Shown: in pieces, positions 39,091-52,923 of the stretch
How the letters are laid out: each line of letters begins with the position of its first letter
How positions within the stretch are numbered: the stretch's first letter is position 1
NCBI GenBank assembly: GCA_951406725.2
Contig: OX597834.1
Coordinates: 43,710,001-43,774,000 of the forward strand
DNA: 64,000 nucleotides
From: Octopus vulgaris
Lineage: Eukaryota
Direction of reading: 5' to 3'
Made by a program: the position numbers and the translations under genes
Notes under the pieces: generated by a model
The model's input: the letters and a program-made list of their open reading frames with translations, nothing else
What the model was told of the DNA's origin: nothing
The model's database searches: none

Positions 39091-41372
39091 ACGGCAACAA
39101 CAATAAAAACAATAACAAGTTACAGCAACGGGAACAATAACAAAAGGAGGGCGAAAGGAGGAGGAAAGAAGATAATAAGCAAGAAGAAAAGAAAAGAAAG
39201 AAACACGAAATGTTGATAATAATGACATTTTTTTTTATTTGGCACAAGTACACGGATAATGCTGATAATGTTTGAATAATGTCAATGGAATGAAATAAGC
39301 GGCGACGTTCGGCTAATCCAATCACTAAGCTGACATAACAATTATTGTAAAAATGAAAAATAACTTAGAAACAATTAAAATGGACGTCATTGACAGCAAT
39401 AGCAACAACAACGTCGGGATCATCAACAAAAGCAGAAATGAGAACAACAACATAGCAATCAACACATCAGAAAAGCCATAACACCACCCTGAAGGGAGGA
39501 AACAGAACAACAACAACAACAACAAAAGGTAAATAAATAAAGAGAAAAAAGGGGGGAAAAATGCACAGTAATAATGAAATCGAAAGAACTTTAATATGGA
39601 GGAAAAAAAAGTATCGTCAGAATGAAAACAGGAACAGACGACAATAACAACAACAATTACAACAACAACAACGGCAATGGAAGCAATGACTACAGCGACA
39701 AGAAGAACGGCAACAATAAAAAAGACAACAACAGCAAGAACAACAACAACAACAACAACAACTAAAGTAATAAAGAAAACGACGAACAACAACAGCAACA
39801 GTAACAAAAATAACATCGTCAGAAATGGTGAACACAGCAGCAACAACAACAACAACCGCAACCACAACAACATTGAGGGTAGCAATGTTTGAATCACAGC
39901 GGGGAATCATTGTTTTGAAGTAACTCCACCCCAGAAAATCTGTTGGAAATACCAGAACTTACATTCTTTCGAGCTTCGGCTCGGTTTTTAGTTTCGGTAT
40001 CCATTTGCTCATTAGTTAAAGAAACAGAAGAATTGAGTTAGACAGTTGCAGAATGCTTGATAGATATATCTAATGAGGTTTCCTAAATGTCAGAGAAAAA
40101 AGAAAAAAGAAAAGAAGAAAAAAAAGAGACACAGTTGGGGCGTTTGAGAGAAGTAATCTGCAACTAGCCGTATCGTTTCGTTGGCAACGTGTCGTTGTTA
40201 AACAACTTTTCTGTTTCAAATCCAGTTTTTGGCATTATATCACAGATTTATTTCCGTGTGTTCCTTTGGTATGAAGTGAACCAGTTTCTTCTCCTTTAGT
40301 GACTACATCATAGGCAATACATATATATCATAACCTGATCTGATACCTGTTGTTTACCTCACTGTTATTCTGTTGTACCTGTACCAGCTTAGGCGATACA
40401 TTGCCTACAGACAAACCTCATTTAGGCTGCCATAATATCCCTGTATCTTTTAATGGGTTTCTATCTGTCTGAAGTTTTATCTTTCACTCTCGCTAGAATA
40501 TACTTCATAAAGTTTGAACAAGTGAGAAAATTTCCCTCTTGGTGTTTATGCGGTCCCTGGTAGTTCGTCGGTTCTTCGAAAGATAAAGATTTCCCGTGAG
40601 CACGCGGGGCATGTTTTGATCCTTTTATATCAGGTTTGGTTTTGAAACGAAACTTTCAGTCGATGTATAAGCCTTGCTGACTACGTCTTTAGTCTTCAGA
40701 TTAATGCTGAGAGGATTGTAGTATGTCTTCTCGAGGTACCCAAAAGAAGAAAGATCGCTGTTTTATCTGGATTTAAATTTTCTTTGCATGGGTCCTGTAT
40801 AGCGCTGGGTTTCTATCCTGTCACTGTTGTAGCTCGCTCTTCATTGTGTCCTATAAACAACAGAGAATATATCACATGCCTACCCCCAAAACTGTGCATG
40901 TAAATCCAGAGTTAACTCGAAGTATCAGCTAATTGTTGATATAGGTATCCACGATACAGCGACAGAACTATGTGTTGTAACGCAAATTATTAAATATCTT
41001 ATAATACCTATTTCGTTTTTGGATTTGGTTTGCAAGATTTTTTTATGTGAGTTCGTGTGTCGAAGCATATTTACCGGTGAGTGTGTTAAATTATAAGGCA
41101 CTAAAAGAGAATGACTCTCTCCAGACACAACAGAATATAATACCTATGCTAATGGGAAAAGTGTTTATGTAATTAGTGTAAAAATCTTCCACCTTTATTT
41201 GTTTTAACATTTAGAAAGACAGATGGAGCAATAAAATAACATTTTACCGGATTTATTCCAACGTCAAGATTGTTGAGAAGGAAGAGGCTTATAAAAAATC
41301 TTATCAGTAAAGTCGCTGTCTTCTAACGCCTTACTATAACATGGAACTGCTTTTCCAAATAATTCTTTAGAT

Positions 41373-41425
41373 CAGTGGTTCTCAACTGGAATCCATATGA
41401 TCCTTAGGGTCCACATAAGGGTTTC
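41373..41425 (+). mobile_element. hAT/Charlie-type MITE terminus (orphan)
   Basis: CAGTGGTTCTCAAC start, typical of Charlie-group TIRs; partner not found. Confidence 0.4.
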
Positions 41426-41486
41426 TTAAAATTTAGGTGTAATAAACTGGTTATATGCAAAACATATTAAAAATTTATTAATACAT

Positions 41487-41800
41487 GCGCAGAAGATGGC
41501 TGTGTGGTAAGAAGCATGCTTCCCAGCCGCCTGGTTCCGGGTTCAGTCCCACTGAATGGCACTTTGAGCAAGTGTTTTCTACTATAGCTTCAAGCCGACC
41601 AAAGCCTTATGAGTAGATTTGGTAGGCGGAAACTGAAAGAAACCTGTCGTATAGGTATGTGTGTGTCTCTCTTTGTGTGTATTTGTGTGTCTGTGTTTGT
41701 CATCACTCACCATCGCTTGACAGCCGATGCTTGTATGTTTACGTCCCCGTAACATAGCGGTTCACCAAAAAAGAGATCGGCAGAATAAGTACTAGGCTTA
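41487..41800 (+). mobile_element. SINE family A lacking its tail
   Basis: Head through AGAATAAGTACTAGGCTTA. Confidence 0.85.
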
Positions 41801-41966
41801 GACCTTTAGCCGAAGCAATCGACCCAAGGACTTATTCTTTGTAAGCCTAGTACTTATTCTATCGGCCTCTTTCGCCGAGCCGCTTAGTTACGGGAACGTA
41901 AACACACCAGCATCGGTTGTCAAGCGATGTTACGGGAACAAACACAGACACACACACACATACACA

Positions 41967-42014
<48 letters not shown>

Positions 42015-42207
42015 AACATACACTCAGATATCTATATATATAAACGACAGACTTCTTTCAGTTTCCTTCTATCAAATCCACCCACAGGGTTTGGTTGGCC
42101 CGAGGCTATAGTAGAAGGCACTTGTTCAGGGTGCCATACAGTGGGACTGAACCCGGAATCATGTGGTTGAGAAGCAAGCTTCTTACCATATAGCGACTGC
42201 TGCGCCT
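41801..42207 (-). mobile_element. SINE family A, inverted relative to the preceding copy
   Basis: Reverse complement of family A from head to GGTCGATTGCTTCGGCTAAAGG. Confidence 0.85.
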
Positions 42208-42717
42208 CTTTTGGATGACATCAATATATTCTGAGTTTTGCAAATACAGCGACAACTCAGGACATGGTTCTGTGTTATTAGGCCTCCTCAGCAAAAGGTC
42301 TTCTTCATTCATGGTAAGTTGTCGATAAAAGAAGAGAATCACTAAACGTAAAGAAAAGTGAAAACAAGACGAATACGAGTTTGTGAGTTGGAATGGTTAG
42401 AGCGATGGTGGGAGGGATAAAGAGAAAAGACAAGAGTGGTAGAGGAGAAATACGGGTGATTTAGAGAAAAAAATAATAGGAGTGAGAGAGGGGGGGAGAG
42501 AAATGCAGAAACTGGAGAAGTAGATTGATGGAAGAGTTATGAAATTATGATGTGTGTATATGTGTGTATTTGTATGTGTGTGTGTGAGTGTAGGTGCAAG
42601 TGGACGCATGTAGGAATGTGTGTGTTTCTAGGTATGAAATAAGAATAGACAGATAGAAATGAAGAACAAAATCGAGGAGGAAATAGAAGGAAAGATGAAA
42701 AGGAAAAGAAAGATAGC

Positions 42718-42758
<41 letters not shown>

Positions 42759-42920
42759 GGCTAATTGGTGAATATGGACAGATATGTGAAGGAAAGTGAG
42801 GAATATATTTAGAAAGAAGATTCTGTGTGAGCTTGTGTGTCTGTGTGTCACAATTGAAGTCTAACAGACCATTAAGAAAGGAATATAATATACACAGATT
42901 CGTATGTGAGTGCGTGGGTG

Positions 42921-42961
<41 letters not shown>

Positions 42962-43068
42962 GGAGAGACAGACAGACAGACAGACAGATAGATTGATATA
43001 CTTAAATATAATAATATATTATATATATATATGATATATATATGTATACATATATATATACTACCATG

Positions 43069-43123
<55 letters not shown>

Positions 43124-43203
43124 CGAGATAGATAGTATGTTTGTATAGATATATATATATATATATACACATATATTATATATCTGTACATGTATTATAT
43201 ATA

Positions 43204-43260
<57 letters not shown>

Positions 43261-43267
43261 AAATATG

Positions 43268-43299
<32 letters not shown>

Positions 43300-43309
43300 T
43301 GTATCTATA

Positions 43310-43361
<52 letters not shown>

Positions 43362-43619
43362 GGAAAAGAGTGAGAGAGGAAGAAAGAGAGAGAAAGAGAG
43401 AGATACGAGGCAGGCAAAGGAAAACATAACCGATAAGAGATGATTTAAGCTTGAATGGAAGACAGGAATAACATGTCGGATATATTAAAATATGGAGAAA
43501 AATGTATGCATGTGTGTGTATGTGTGTGTGTGTGTGTGTGAGTATGTGTGTGTGTGTATCACGAACTGGGTTAAGGAAATACAGATTGATAGAGCAAAGG
43601 TGAAAGCAATTAAGCAATA

Positions 43620-43675
<56 letters not shown>

Positions 43676-43792
43676 TGTGTGTGTTTGTGTGTGTTAGGTG
43701 AGAGAGAGACACAGAAGGAGAGTAGGTAGACTCGGGGAGTAGGGAGAGATAGACAAGACAGAGGAAATGATGTGAGATAAAGAGCAAGATAC

Positions 43793-43853
<61 letters not shown>

Positions 43854-43862
43854 CATACATAC

Positions 43863-43986
<124 letters not shown>

Positions 43987-44211
43987 TTATATGTATGTAT
44001 ACGTAAAGAGCGAGTCAGAGTTAGGTGGCGGGTTAGAATTTGTAAATATAATGAAAGGCGGTAGTTTGTTGATGACTGTTACAGATGAAAGCATTAAGAG
44101 CTGTCGGTAAGCGGCTAAAATAATGATGACTCGTACGGCTTGATTAGTGGAACGAGTGAAAGGGAACCGCTGCAGATTAAATACAATGCTGAACGATAAA
44201 GGCATGGAAGC

Positions 44212-44229
44212 TGGCACTAGAGGGCGCAC
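44212..44229 (+). promoter_or_regulatory. Candidate CTCF-binding motif
   Basis: TGGCACTAGAGGGCGCAC vs consensus CCASYAGRKGGCRS, inside a unique island. Confidence 0.45.
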
Positions 44230-44412
44230 TCGAATAGTTCACATCATTAACTGCTTCCTCGTCTAATTGCTCGCCATGAGCCAATCTAGGAATGAATTTT
44301 AGCAACAATTATCTACTGTTCTCTACACACATCGTTGCGCAGATCTTCGAGCGCGCGTCAGTATATGAAAGCGGCTGCAAATACATACAAACATACATAT
44401 ACACGTATGCAT

Positions 44413-44469
<57 letters not shown>

Positions 44470-44521
44470 TGTGTGATTGGGTATTTATTTGTGTGTGTGC
44501 GTGTGCATGTATACATATATA

Positions 44522-44558
<37 letters not shown>

Positions 44559-44581
44559 GTTTGTGTATGTGTTTGTGTGTG

Positions 44582-44623
<42 letters not shown>

Positions 44624-44759
44624 TACATATGTATTTATACATTCATATATATGATTATATATATATATATATGCATATACATAAATAGTTTTTGATACAA
44701 ATATATATGTATATATATTCATATATATAAATGTATATATATATATATATACATATATA

Positions 44760-44813
<54 letters not shown>

Positions 44814-45449
44814 TACATATGTATACGAACATGCGCTTTGAATAGTTTTATATACATGTATACGTGAATGTACAAACGAGATACATGCTTATTGGCGGGA
44901 GTTTGTGAACGCCAGTGAGAGAGAGAGAGAGAGAGAGAGTGAGAAAGTGTGAGAGAGAAAGCGAGAGGAGAGAAAGAAGCGAGTGGGGAGAGAAAAACAG
45001 ACAGTGCAAATGTGAGGAAGGTAAGCAATGTGTATGTGTGAGCCAATGTATACGTGTGTATACGTGTGTATACGTGTGTGTGTGTGTGTGTGTGTGGCTG
45101 TGATGGTGGGAATGAGGAAACATCGATGCGAATGGAAGAGAAACAGTAAAGTTGGTTCAGAGAAGCAATCGGCTGTAGACATTTCTGTCTGTCTACGGAA
45201 CGGGGGGGAGGTTCTGTCTCTCTGACTGACATCAATAACTGGTGTGAATAATAATTGCATGTTCATTGACAGATTACGCGGCATCATTTGATTGCACTTG
45301 ATGCATTAAGTTAGTCAGGAACAAGATACGACAACAACAACAACAGCAGCGGCGTCGACGGCGTCGGCGGCGTCGGCAGTGGAGGTTGCAGTAGCTGAAG
45401 ACCTCCATGATGGGCTGTTGAAATATTTCTGGCTTTGGTGAAATGAAAA

Positions 45450-45876
45450 CGCTGAAGGATCAGTTAATTATAATTTATTCAGCATATTCCCCATCTCAGA
45501 TGCACACACTTATCGCAGCGGTCCTTCAGTTTTTCCAAGACTACTAAAAGAAATTGGAAGGTTTTGCTTCCAAATGGGCCTTTCGCGGTATCCTTAAAGT
45601 CAGGCACTTTTCAGCACTCCTTATGTCTGTTTGTGTGTGTGTGTGTGTGTATACGAAAGGGTGCTGAAAAGTTCCTGGATTTGGGCAGAATAGTATACCG
45701 GAGAATCAGTCAATTATTATTTTATTCAACATTTCCCCCCTCTCAGATTCACACACTTATTGCATTTGGTCCTTCAGTTTTTCTGAGCCAAGTAAAAGAA
45801 CTCGGAGGTTTTTGATCTCCAAACCGGCCCTTCGCAACACCGAAAAAGCTAGAAACTGTCCAGCACTCCTTCTGGT
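45450..45876. mobile_element. Two short mariner-derived non-autonomous elements
   Basis: TIR-like TACGAAAGGGTGCTGAAAAGTTCCT and CTTTTCAGCACTCCTTA; both copies encode a mariner C-terminus on minus (CNKCVNLRG..VE* and CDKCVHLRWGIC). Confidence 0.7.
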
Positions 45877-46033
45877 ACAGTGTACTAGATACTTCGTGTG
45901 AAATTTTACTATTGCTGCTGTTGTTATTTCTGTTAGTGCCATTGTTGTCGTTACACTCGCGGTCAGCGACGATCGGACAGATCTATGACCAAATCTATTT
46001 CAGCAAAGTCCCGAATGACTTCTGGTCAACCCA

Positions 46034-46110
<77 letters not shown>

Positions 46111-46399
46111 CATATCTTACATATATAGGTCTATTATGGTGTCGAAATAACGTTGACATCCGATAAACAGTTAACAAGGGACGTTCTCTGGTTATGATAA
46201 GTATTTTGATTCTGTTTCGCTTTTTTTTCCTTTCTTTTTTCTTGTTAATACTCATTTATTTGCAATCCTTCCACTGGATTTAATTAACTTACCTAGACTA
46301 ATACAAGTTCTTTCATGACATGACATTGCGGTACCTGGACGGAGTGCATTATTGCGGTTTGATAGATCTATTCTCTAAATAGTTATTGTTTAACGACCT

Positions 46400-46462
46400 C
46401 GGAATACAGCAGATGTGAAGCATGGCCACAGCTCATAAGCTGAAACTAGAATCAATCAATCA
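46400..46462 (+). mobile_element. CR1-type LINE 3' tail
   Basis: AGCATGGCCACAGCTCATAAGCTGAAACTAG followed by (AATC)3; matches the tail at 26997-27026. Confidence 0.6.
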
Positions 46463-46840
46463 TACACGCACACATATGTATATATATATATATAATACAA
46501 ATAAGAAAATGGAGATACAATTTAGTTGGTTCATCAGCTTTCAGATATTAGAATGTTGAATTATTTATTCATTTAACAAAAATGAGAACCTTAAAAGCAT
46601 ACATATATATCTTACAATTCAATACATATAAGATAAGAATACAATTAGAAAAATCATGATATAAATTATTGAAATCATTAAAATCACTTCTTACAGCTGC
46701 ACCCATTTGATACAATAAATAAGTTAATTGCATTGCAATTAAAAACATTTATGTATTAAAGAATTTGGGTACTATACCAACAGTATATTGGATAAATATT
46801 ATCTCTTAGTGGGTTGGATCCATAACCCCTAACTTACTTG

Positions 46841-46893
<53 letters not shown>

Positions 46894-47417
46894 TTTATGT
46901 ATCTGTATATGTATATGTCTACATCCACATATACATATATGTAGGGAGCGAGAGAGAAAGACGGACACAGAGAAAGAGTGAGAGGAAAATAAGATGAACA
47001 AACGACAAAATGGCAGACATGTACGCAGTTATAATTTGTTTGTTTACCGTAGAAGTAGAATACTTGAACACGGCGAAAAATTTCTAAAAAGATAATAGAA
47101 ATGAAGTACGCAGCTGAGTGCTCTTTTGTGCAACCCAAAGCACGAGAAATAAGTGAAAGACTTCAAGAAATAATCTGGTTATAATGTCAATAGATAAAAC
47201 CATTAGTAACAGCTTTTATTGCAGAGGAATTTAAATTGGAAGTAGGAACAGATATGAGTTATTAACTATACAATATATTTTTTTTTAATTGTGAGTTGAA
47301 TATTAAGAATTAGGTGTTTCGTGTGAAGTGTGCTACAGTTGATAAAACGATGAGTTCAACCGTTTGCGATATTCTCGTCGCGGTCAAATTCGACGGTTAA
47401 GAAAACGACAATAAGAC

Positions 47418-47930
47418 TTAGCCTTTTAGCATTCAAACTATTTGTTTTATGTTAAAACTGACCAGGTGAGGCCTCTCACACCTGTTATACTATGTCATTC
47501 TACAAATATACAATCACATCAGCGAAACTGAAATGTCAAAACTACAAGAAAATGCGTGATTAATTCAGTACAATGTGAAAAATTAAGTATTATATTTGAT
47601 GAAGTGGAGGCGCAATGGTCCAGTGGTTAGGGCAGCGGACGCGCGGTCGTAGGATCGCGGTTTCGATTCCCAGACCGGGCATTGTGAGTGTTTATTGAAG
47701 GAAAACACCTAAAGCTCCACGTGGCTCCGGCAGTGGGGGGTGAACCTTGCTGTACTCTTTCACCACAACATTCTCTAACTGTTTCTGTGGAGGGGGGAGG
47801 CTGGTATGCATGGGCCACGGCTGGTCGTCTATAAACAACCTTGCCCAGATTTGTGCCTCAGAGGGTAACTTTCTAGGTGCAATCCATGGTCTGTGTACTT
47901 TGATGAAGTAATCCGAATGCTAAACGGTTA
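47418..47930. mobile_element. MITE with piggyBac-like termini, interrupted by a SINE
   Basis: TTAGCCTTTTAGCATTC / GAATGCTAAACGGTTA inverted termini (degenerate TTAA-CC). Confidence 0.55.
47606..47898 (+). mobile_element. SINE with family D head and family C tail, 11-bp TSD
   Basis: TSD TTTGATGAAGT at 47595-47605 and 47899-47909; A box TGGTCCAGTGG, B box GTTTCGATTCC. Confidence 0.9.
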
Positions 47931-47995
47931 TATGTGCTTGTTTATTCCTTCAAAATTCAAACCAGCCATATCCAGTCTACTTGCTTAATGCTCAA

Positions 47996-48133
47996 ACCAA
48001 ATCCACTCATAAGGCTTTGGTCGGCCCGAGGCTATAGTAGAAGATACTTGCCCAAGATGCCACGCAGTGGGACTGAACCCGGAACCATGTGGTTGGTAAG
48101 CAAGCTACTTACCACACAGCCACTTCTGCGCCT
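47996..48133 (-). mobile_element. SINE family A, 5' half
   Basis: Near-consensus reverse complement of head and CORE-like part. Confidence 0.88.
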
Positions 48134-48731
48134 ATTAATATAGGTATAGATAGATAGAGGAAGAGATAGCGAGTAGAAAGGTGGTATGAGTTATGGAACC
48201 AATGAGATATGACGAATGGGGCAAAAAAAGTATTGGTTTTATGTAAATGAAGAAGAGAATAATTCAGCGATGAATCGAGAAAAGAAAACGGGGAGACCAC
48301 GATAGAATAAGATATTGAATGAGGAGAGGGGGACAAAAATAGAGGGGAGCATATGGAAAATGGGGGTGGATGAAAGAAGACTAGGCAGTGAGTGGCAGAG
48401 AAACTGATAAAAAAAATTAATTTGTAAGATAATGAATAAGAGATACGGTGTTGGACAGTGAAATACAATTGGAGGGAAACCTACAGGAAGAAAATGGAGA
48501 AGAGGAAAAGGAAAAAGAGAGGAAAGGGGATACAGAGAAAGGCGAAAAGGGGAGAGGAAGGAGCATACCAAGAAAAAAAGAGAGAGAAAATTGAGTTTTC
48601 TGATGACAGATTGTTGACGTTTTTATTTCTTGAGATAAATCTTAAGGGTTTGATCGCTTCGTTAAACATGAAACTAGTGACGATGGAAGGGTTGGCCCCG
48701 TCATTCATTAGTCGAAGTAGCAGCACCAACG

Positions 48732-48798
<67 letters not shown>

Positions 48799-49056
48799 CA
48801 GAAGTAGTAGTAGTCGTAAAGTAAGGTGAGGGAAGTTTACACGTACGCCGGGTTGGGATGAATTGAAGTGTTTTGCGAAAGTCTTCGAATGATTCTATAA
48901 AAATCAGACTCAGAGAGAGAGAGTGTGTGCGAGAGAGAAAGAAAGAGAGAGAGGGAGAAAAAGAAAGAGAGTGAGAGGGAGAAATAAAGAGAGAGAGAGA
49001 GAGACGCAACTGAAATATGCAGAGGCAGTGATACAGACAGACAGCCAAACAGACTA

Positions 49057-49097
<41 letters not shown>

Positions 49098-49332
49098 AAA
49101 GAGAGAGAGGGGAGAGAAAGAGAGCTGCACAGTGACAGCGAAGGGGTGGGGTGGGAAACGAGTGGGAGAAAAACATCAAAGAATATACTGTGAAAGCATT
49201 AAGTGTTTTGCTGTTCTTCAGTGGCTTTTCACCCCCACCCCCTTTCGTCTTTTCGATTCTCCCTCCCATTATTGTTCCAAATTGATGTATGTGCCATTAT
49301 CACTACTATTATTATTACTATTTTTATTATTA

Positions 49333-49371
<39 letters not shown>

Positions 49372-49436
49372 CATCATCATCACGATCTTCACCATCAACA
49401 ACATCACCATCATCATCATCATCATCGTTATTATTT

Positions 49437-49697
49437 GTCTGCACTGGGCACGCGCCTGTGGGCCGGAAGGGAAGGTATGGGAGAGGGGCTTGCCTCGCCC
49501 GAGGTGCCCGCCCGACCTGCCTTTGGCGTTCGGCGTGTCTGCGATGAGCGGGTTTCCTTGGCTGTTGGTAGCCCCTGGGTGGAGCACACTACCCCTTTTA
49601 GGGGAATTTTTACTGTTTGAATATTTTTGCATTATTAGTACTTTTTCTTGTATATTCCTCTCTTTTGTGTACGGCCCTTGTGGCCAATAAAGACAGA

Positions 49698-49700
<3 letters not shown>
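49437..49700 (+). mobile_element. GC-rich retroposon 3' end in a (TTA)n tract, probable LINE 3' UTR
   Basis: Ends GGCC-CTTGT-GGCC-AATAAA then (ATT)n; tail homologous to a SINE B tail. Confidence 0.6.
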
Positions 49701-49757
<57 letters not shown>

Positions 49758-49908
49758 GCTGTTGTTGTTGTTGTTGTGGTTATTATTATTATTACTATTG
49801 TTACTGTTGTTTTCGTTGTTATTGTTGTTATTAATGTATTTATTGTTCAATTTTTTTTTTATACTTCATTGGAAATATGTCGCAGAGCATCGACCTGGAC
49901 TTCAATAC

Positions 49909-49962
<54 letters not shown>

Positions 49963-51187
49963 CGATTGATAAGGCTTAAGTGAGGCTGCAAGTGCAGGTT
50001 TTTGCTTTGAAGCGAAAGCAGCACGAAGTGCACGCATTATTATGTTGTTGTGTTGGAGGTTGATTGCTATGTATGTTTGGTAAACCGTTTGACATGACCC
50101 AGTTTGTATGGAGTAATTGTCCTATTTGGGGGAATAGGACGAGTTATTAGAGCGGAGAGAGGCGGATGAGCAAATGAATAGCGGCAGGGACTGTCAGCCA
50201 GACGGAGCGAAAGTTAATGTGAGGGAGATTAAGTAGTAAAGTGAGAGAGCGCTGCAGGGGGGAAGGGAGAGCGAGTGGAAGATAGAGTTAGGGAAAGAGA
50301 AGACAAGACAGGAGAGAGAAGGAAAAGAGGGGGGAGGAGAATAGACGGGAGAAAGAGAGATATAAAGTGAGATAAAATAGAGATAAGAAAGTGTTAATAG
50401 AGAGATGAGTAAAGAAGTAAAGAAAGAAATGTAAGGCAAAAGAAGCGGGGGGAATCCTACCAGAGAAACTTTGTGTCAGAGAGAGATAGAGAAGGGGGAG
50501 AGAAGGGAGGGGAAGAAGAGAGGGAGAGACAATTAGTAGAGAGTGCAGTTTATTTACTCCATGAGAAACCAATACATTAATGATGTATAAAAAGCTACAT
50601 TAAACTTGAGATATTCAAGTCGTATTCCATTTAATTGCATCGTATCCTTTAAAATCCTAATTATTTTCTTCCATAATCCTAGAAAACAACAATGTTGTTG
50701 TTGACATTGTTATTATTATCATTAACATTATTATTACTACTACTAACTTAACTACGATAACAATTAAAGAATATATGGAGAGAATGTTTTATGCTGATTC
50801 AATCTTAACTAAAATGGATTCGCAGTGAATTTGGATAAAGAGGGGTAAAATGCAGTTAAAAGCTTCAGGAAAATTGAAAAGTTTACATTTGTTACAATAT
50901 ATTTCGTATTCAATGGTTATTATTTCGAATGTATTTCAGAAAAATCTGCTAATTTAATGTAATTATAATTGCTTGAAAATCGCTGATGTGTAACTCAGTC
51001 TCAATTTGTGAAGTTACATTTTAAAACGAATTCGATAATGTTACTCTACGTCATATATTGAGTTCTATATTTTTTTATTCCTCTGGATTTTCCGCAACGT
51101 TGAGTATTTCTATTTGTATATACGCGTACAAACACTCATACACACACACACACACGCATATATATATAATGTGATATATATATATAT

Positions 51188-51339
51188 AGGGATAGCTGTG
51201 TGGTAAGTAGATTGCTTACCAACTACATAGTTCCAGGTTCAGTCCCACTGCGTGGCGCCTTTGACAAGTGTCTTCTACTATAGCCTCGAGCCGACCAACG
51301 ACTTATGAGTGGATTTGGTAGACGGAAACTGAAAGAAGC

Positions 51340-51404
<65 letters not shown>

Positions 51405-51607
51405 CTGTGTTTGTCAATATTTGTGCCCCCACCATCGCTTGACAACCAATGTTGGTGTGTTTACGCCCCCATAACAAAGGGGTTCGGCAAAAGTCATCGA
51501 TAGGATAAGTACTAAGATTACAACGAATAAGTCATGGGGTCGATTTGTTCGACAAAAGACGGTGCTCCAGCATGGCCGCAATCAAATTACTGAAACAAAT
51601 AAAAGAC
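51188..51607 (+). mobile_element. SINE family A, nearly full length
   Basis: All family A modules including tail CGGTGCTCCAGCATGGCCGCAATCAAATTACTGAAAC. Confidence 0.88.
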
Positions 51608-51619
51608 TAGAGGAGAATA

Positions 51620-51835
51620 TATATATATATATAGTAAGTTCAAATAAACAATCAATTCAAATAAACGAATTATAAAGTTAACAAACAAGAAACGTTCACA
51701 AGAAATGTATAAGCTTGACGCTTGATGGTGAAAGGAGAGAGTTTGACGTTTCGAGCATAGCTGTTCATCGAAAATGTGAAAGGGAAAAGCCCAAAGAGGG
51801 AAAATAAATCGCCAACGGTACGTGTGTAGTATATG
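51620..51835 (-). mobile_element. Short element with variant hammerhead-like motif (51742-51774)
   Basis: Minus strand TTT-TCGATGA-A-CAGC(TAT)GCTC-GAAAC-GTC-AAA. Confidence 0.55.
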
Positions 51836-51918
51836 CATAAGCGCACATTCATACACACACACATGTATATGTAGATGAATGTGAACGGAGGCATTTATGT
51901 TGATATTTTGTGAGTGTA

Positions 51919-52343
51919 AGGCAGTGAGCTGGCAGAATCGTTGATATGTTGGACAAAGTGCCTAACGTCATTTCGTCCATCTTTACGTTCTGAGTTCAAT
52001 TTCCACTGCGGTCGACTTGACCTTTTATTTTTCGGGTTCGATAAAATAAGTACCAAGCGAGCACTGTGGTTGATCAAATCGACTTACCCCCTCTCTTCGA
52101 AACTGATGGCCTTGTGCCGAAATTTGCAACTGATAGTTTGAGCGTATAAGAGACGGTGAGCTGTCAGAAACGTTAGCACGCCGGACAGAATACTTAGCAG
52201 CATTTCGTCCGTTTTTACGTTCTGAGTTCAAATTCCGCCGAAGTGGAAATTACCTTTTATCATGTCGGGCTCTCTAAAATAAGTACCAGCTGAGTATTTG
52301 GGTTGAAATTCCTGGTCTTGTGCGTAAATTTGAAATCATTATT
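51919..52343 (+). mobile_element. Two tandem SINE family B copies (51919-52132, 52152-52343)
   Basis: GGCAGTGAGCTGGCAGAATCGTT..TTACGTTCTGAGTTCAA..AAATAAGTACCA..GGCCTTGTGCC. Confidence 0.85.
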
Positions 52344-52869
52344 ATCACACACATACACACACACACACACACAATCCTACATGCAATTGTAAGCGTTTGC
52401 TTATGTGCCCATATCTTTCCTGTGAAATATGTGTAACGCACATCTGCATTTGCACACGCATGTCTGTACAAATGTGATGTCTCTCTGTGTGTTTAACTAC
52501 AGTAATAAGAGAAAATCGGTTAATTTTAAAAACTATTTTAGTAGTTTTAGTCATTTTACGTAATCTATCGATCTATTGATCCGTCTAGCGTGATTCTAAT
52601 CATTTGTTCAGCTTGTGTCTATTTAATATGTGCCTACTGCTGCTGCATCAAATATTACAGTTGATATACTTGAGACGTCAATTCCCGACGAGATTTTCTC
52701 GAAAGAAGAGTAATTATCTTGAAGGTTGTTAGACATTAGATATCGTTGGCTGATGAACCGAAACCAAGGGAAAGACAGCTGGTCGGCCGTCTCTGCGCAC
52801 AAACCTTCGTACAAAACCGACCAACTTTCTAGCTCTGTATGTGGATCTATACATCTATTATCTAATCAA

Positions 52870-52923
<54 letters not shown>

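Noticed and set aside
38684-39325. Poly-Glu/Arg/Lys ORFs
   Set aside because: (AAG)n microsatellite read in different frames.
49450-49560. HDV-like ribozyme in the GC-rich segment
   Set aside because: Could not assemble the nested double pseudoknot by eye, and it lies at a 3' end rather than the usual 5' end.
52745-52790. CTGATGA..GAAA..CAGCTG-GTC
   Set aside because: Stem I does not pair and stem II is only 2 bp; possibly a decayed member of the set but unsupported.
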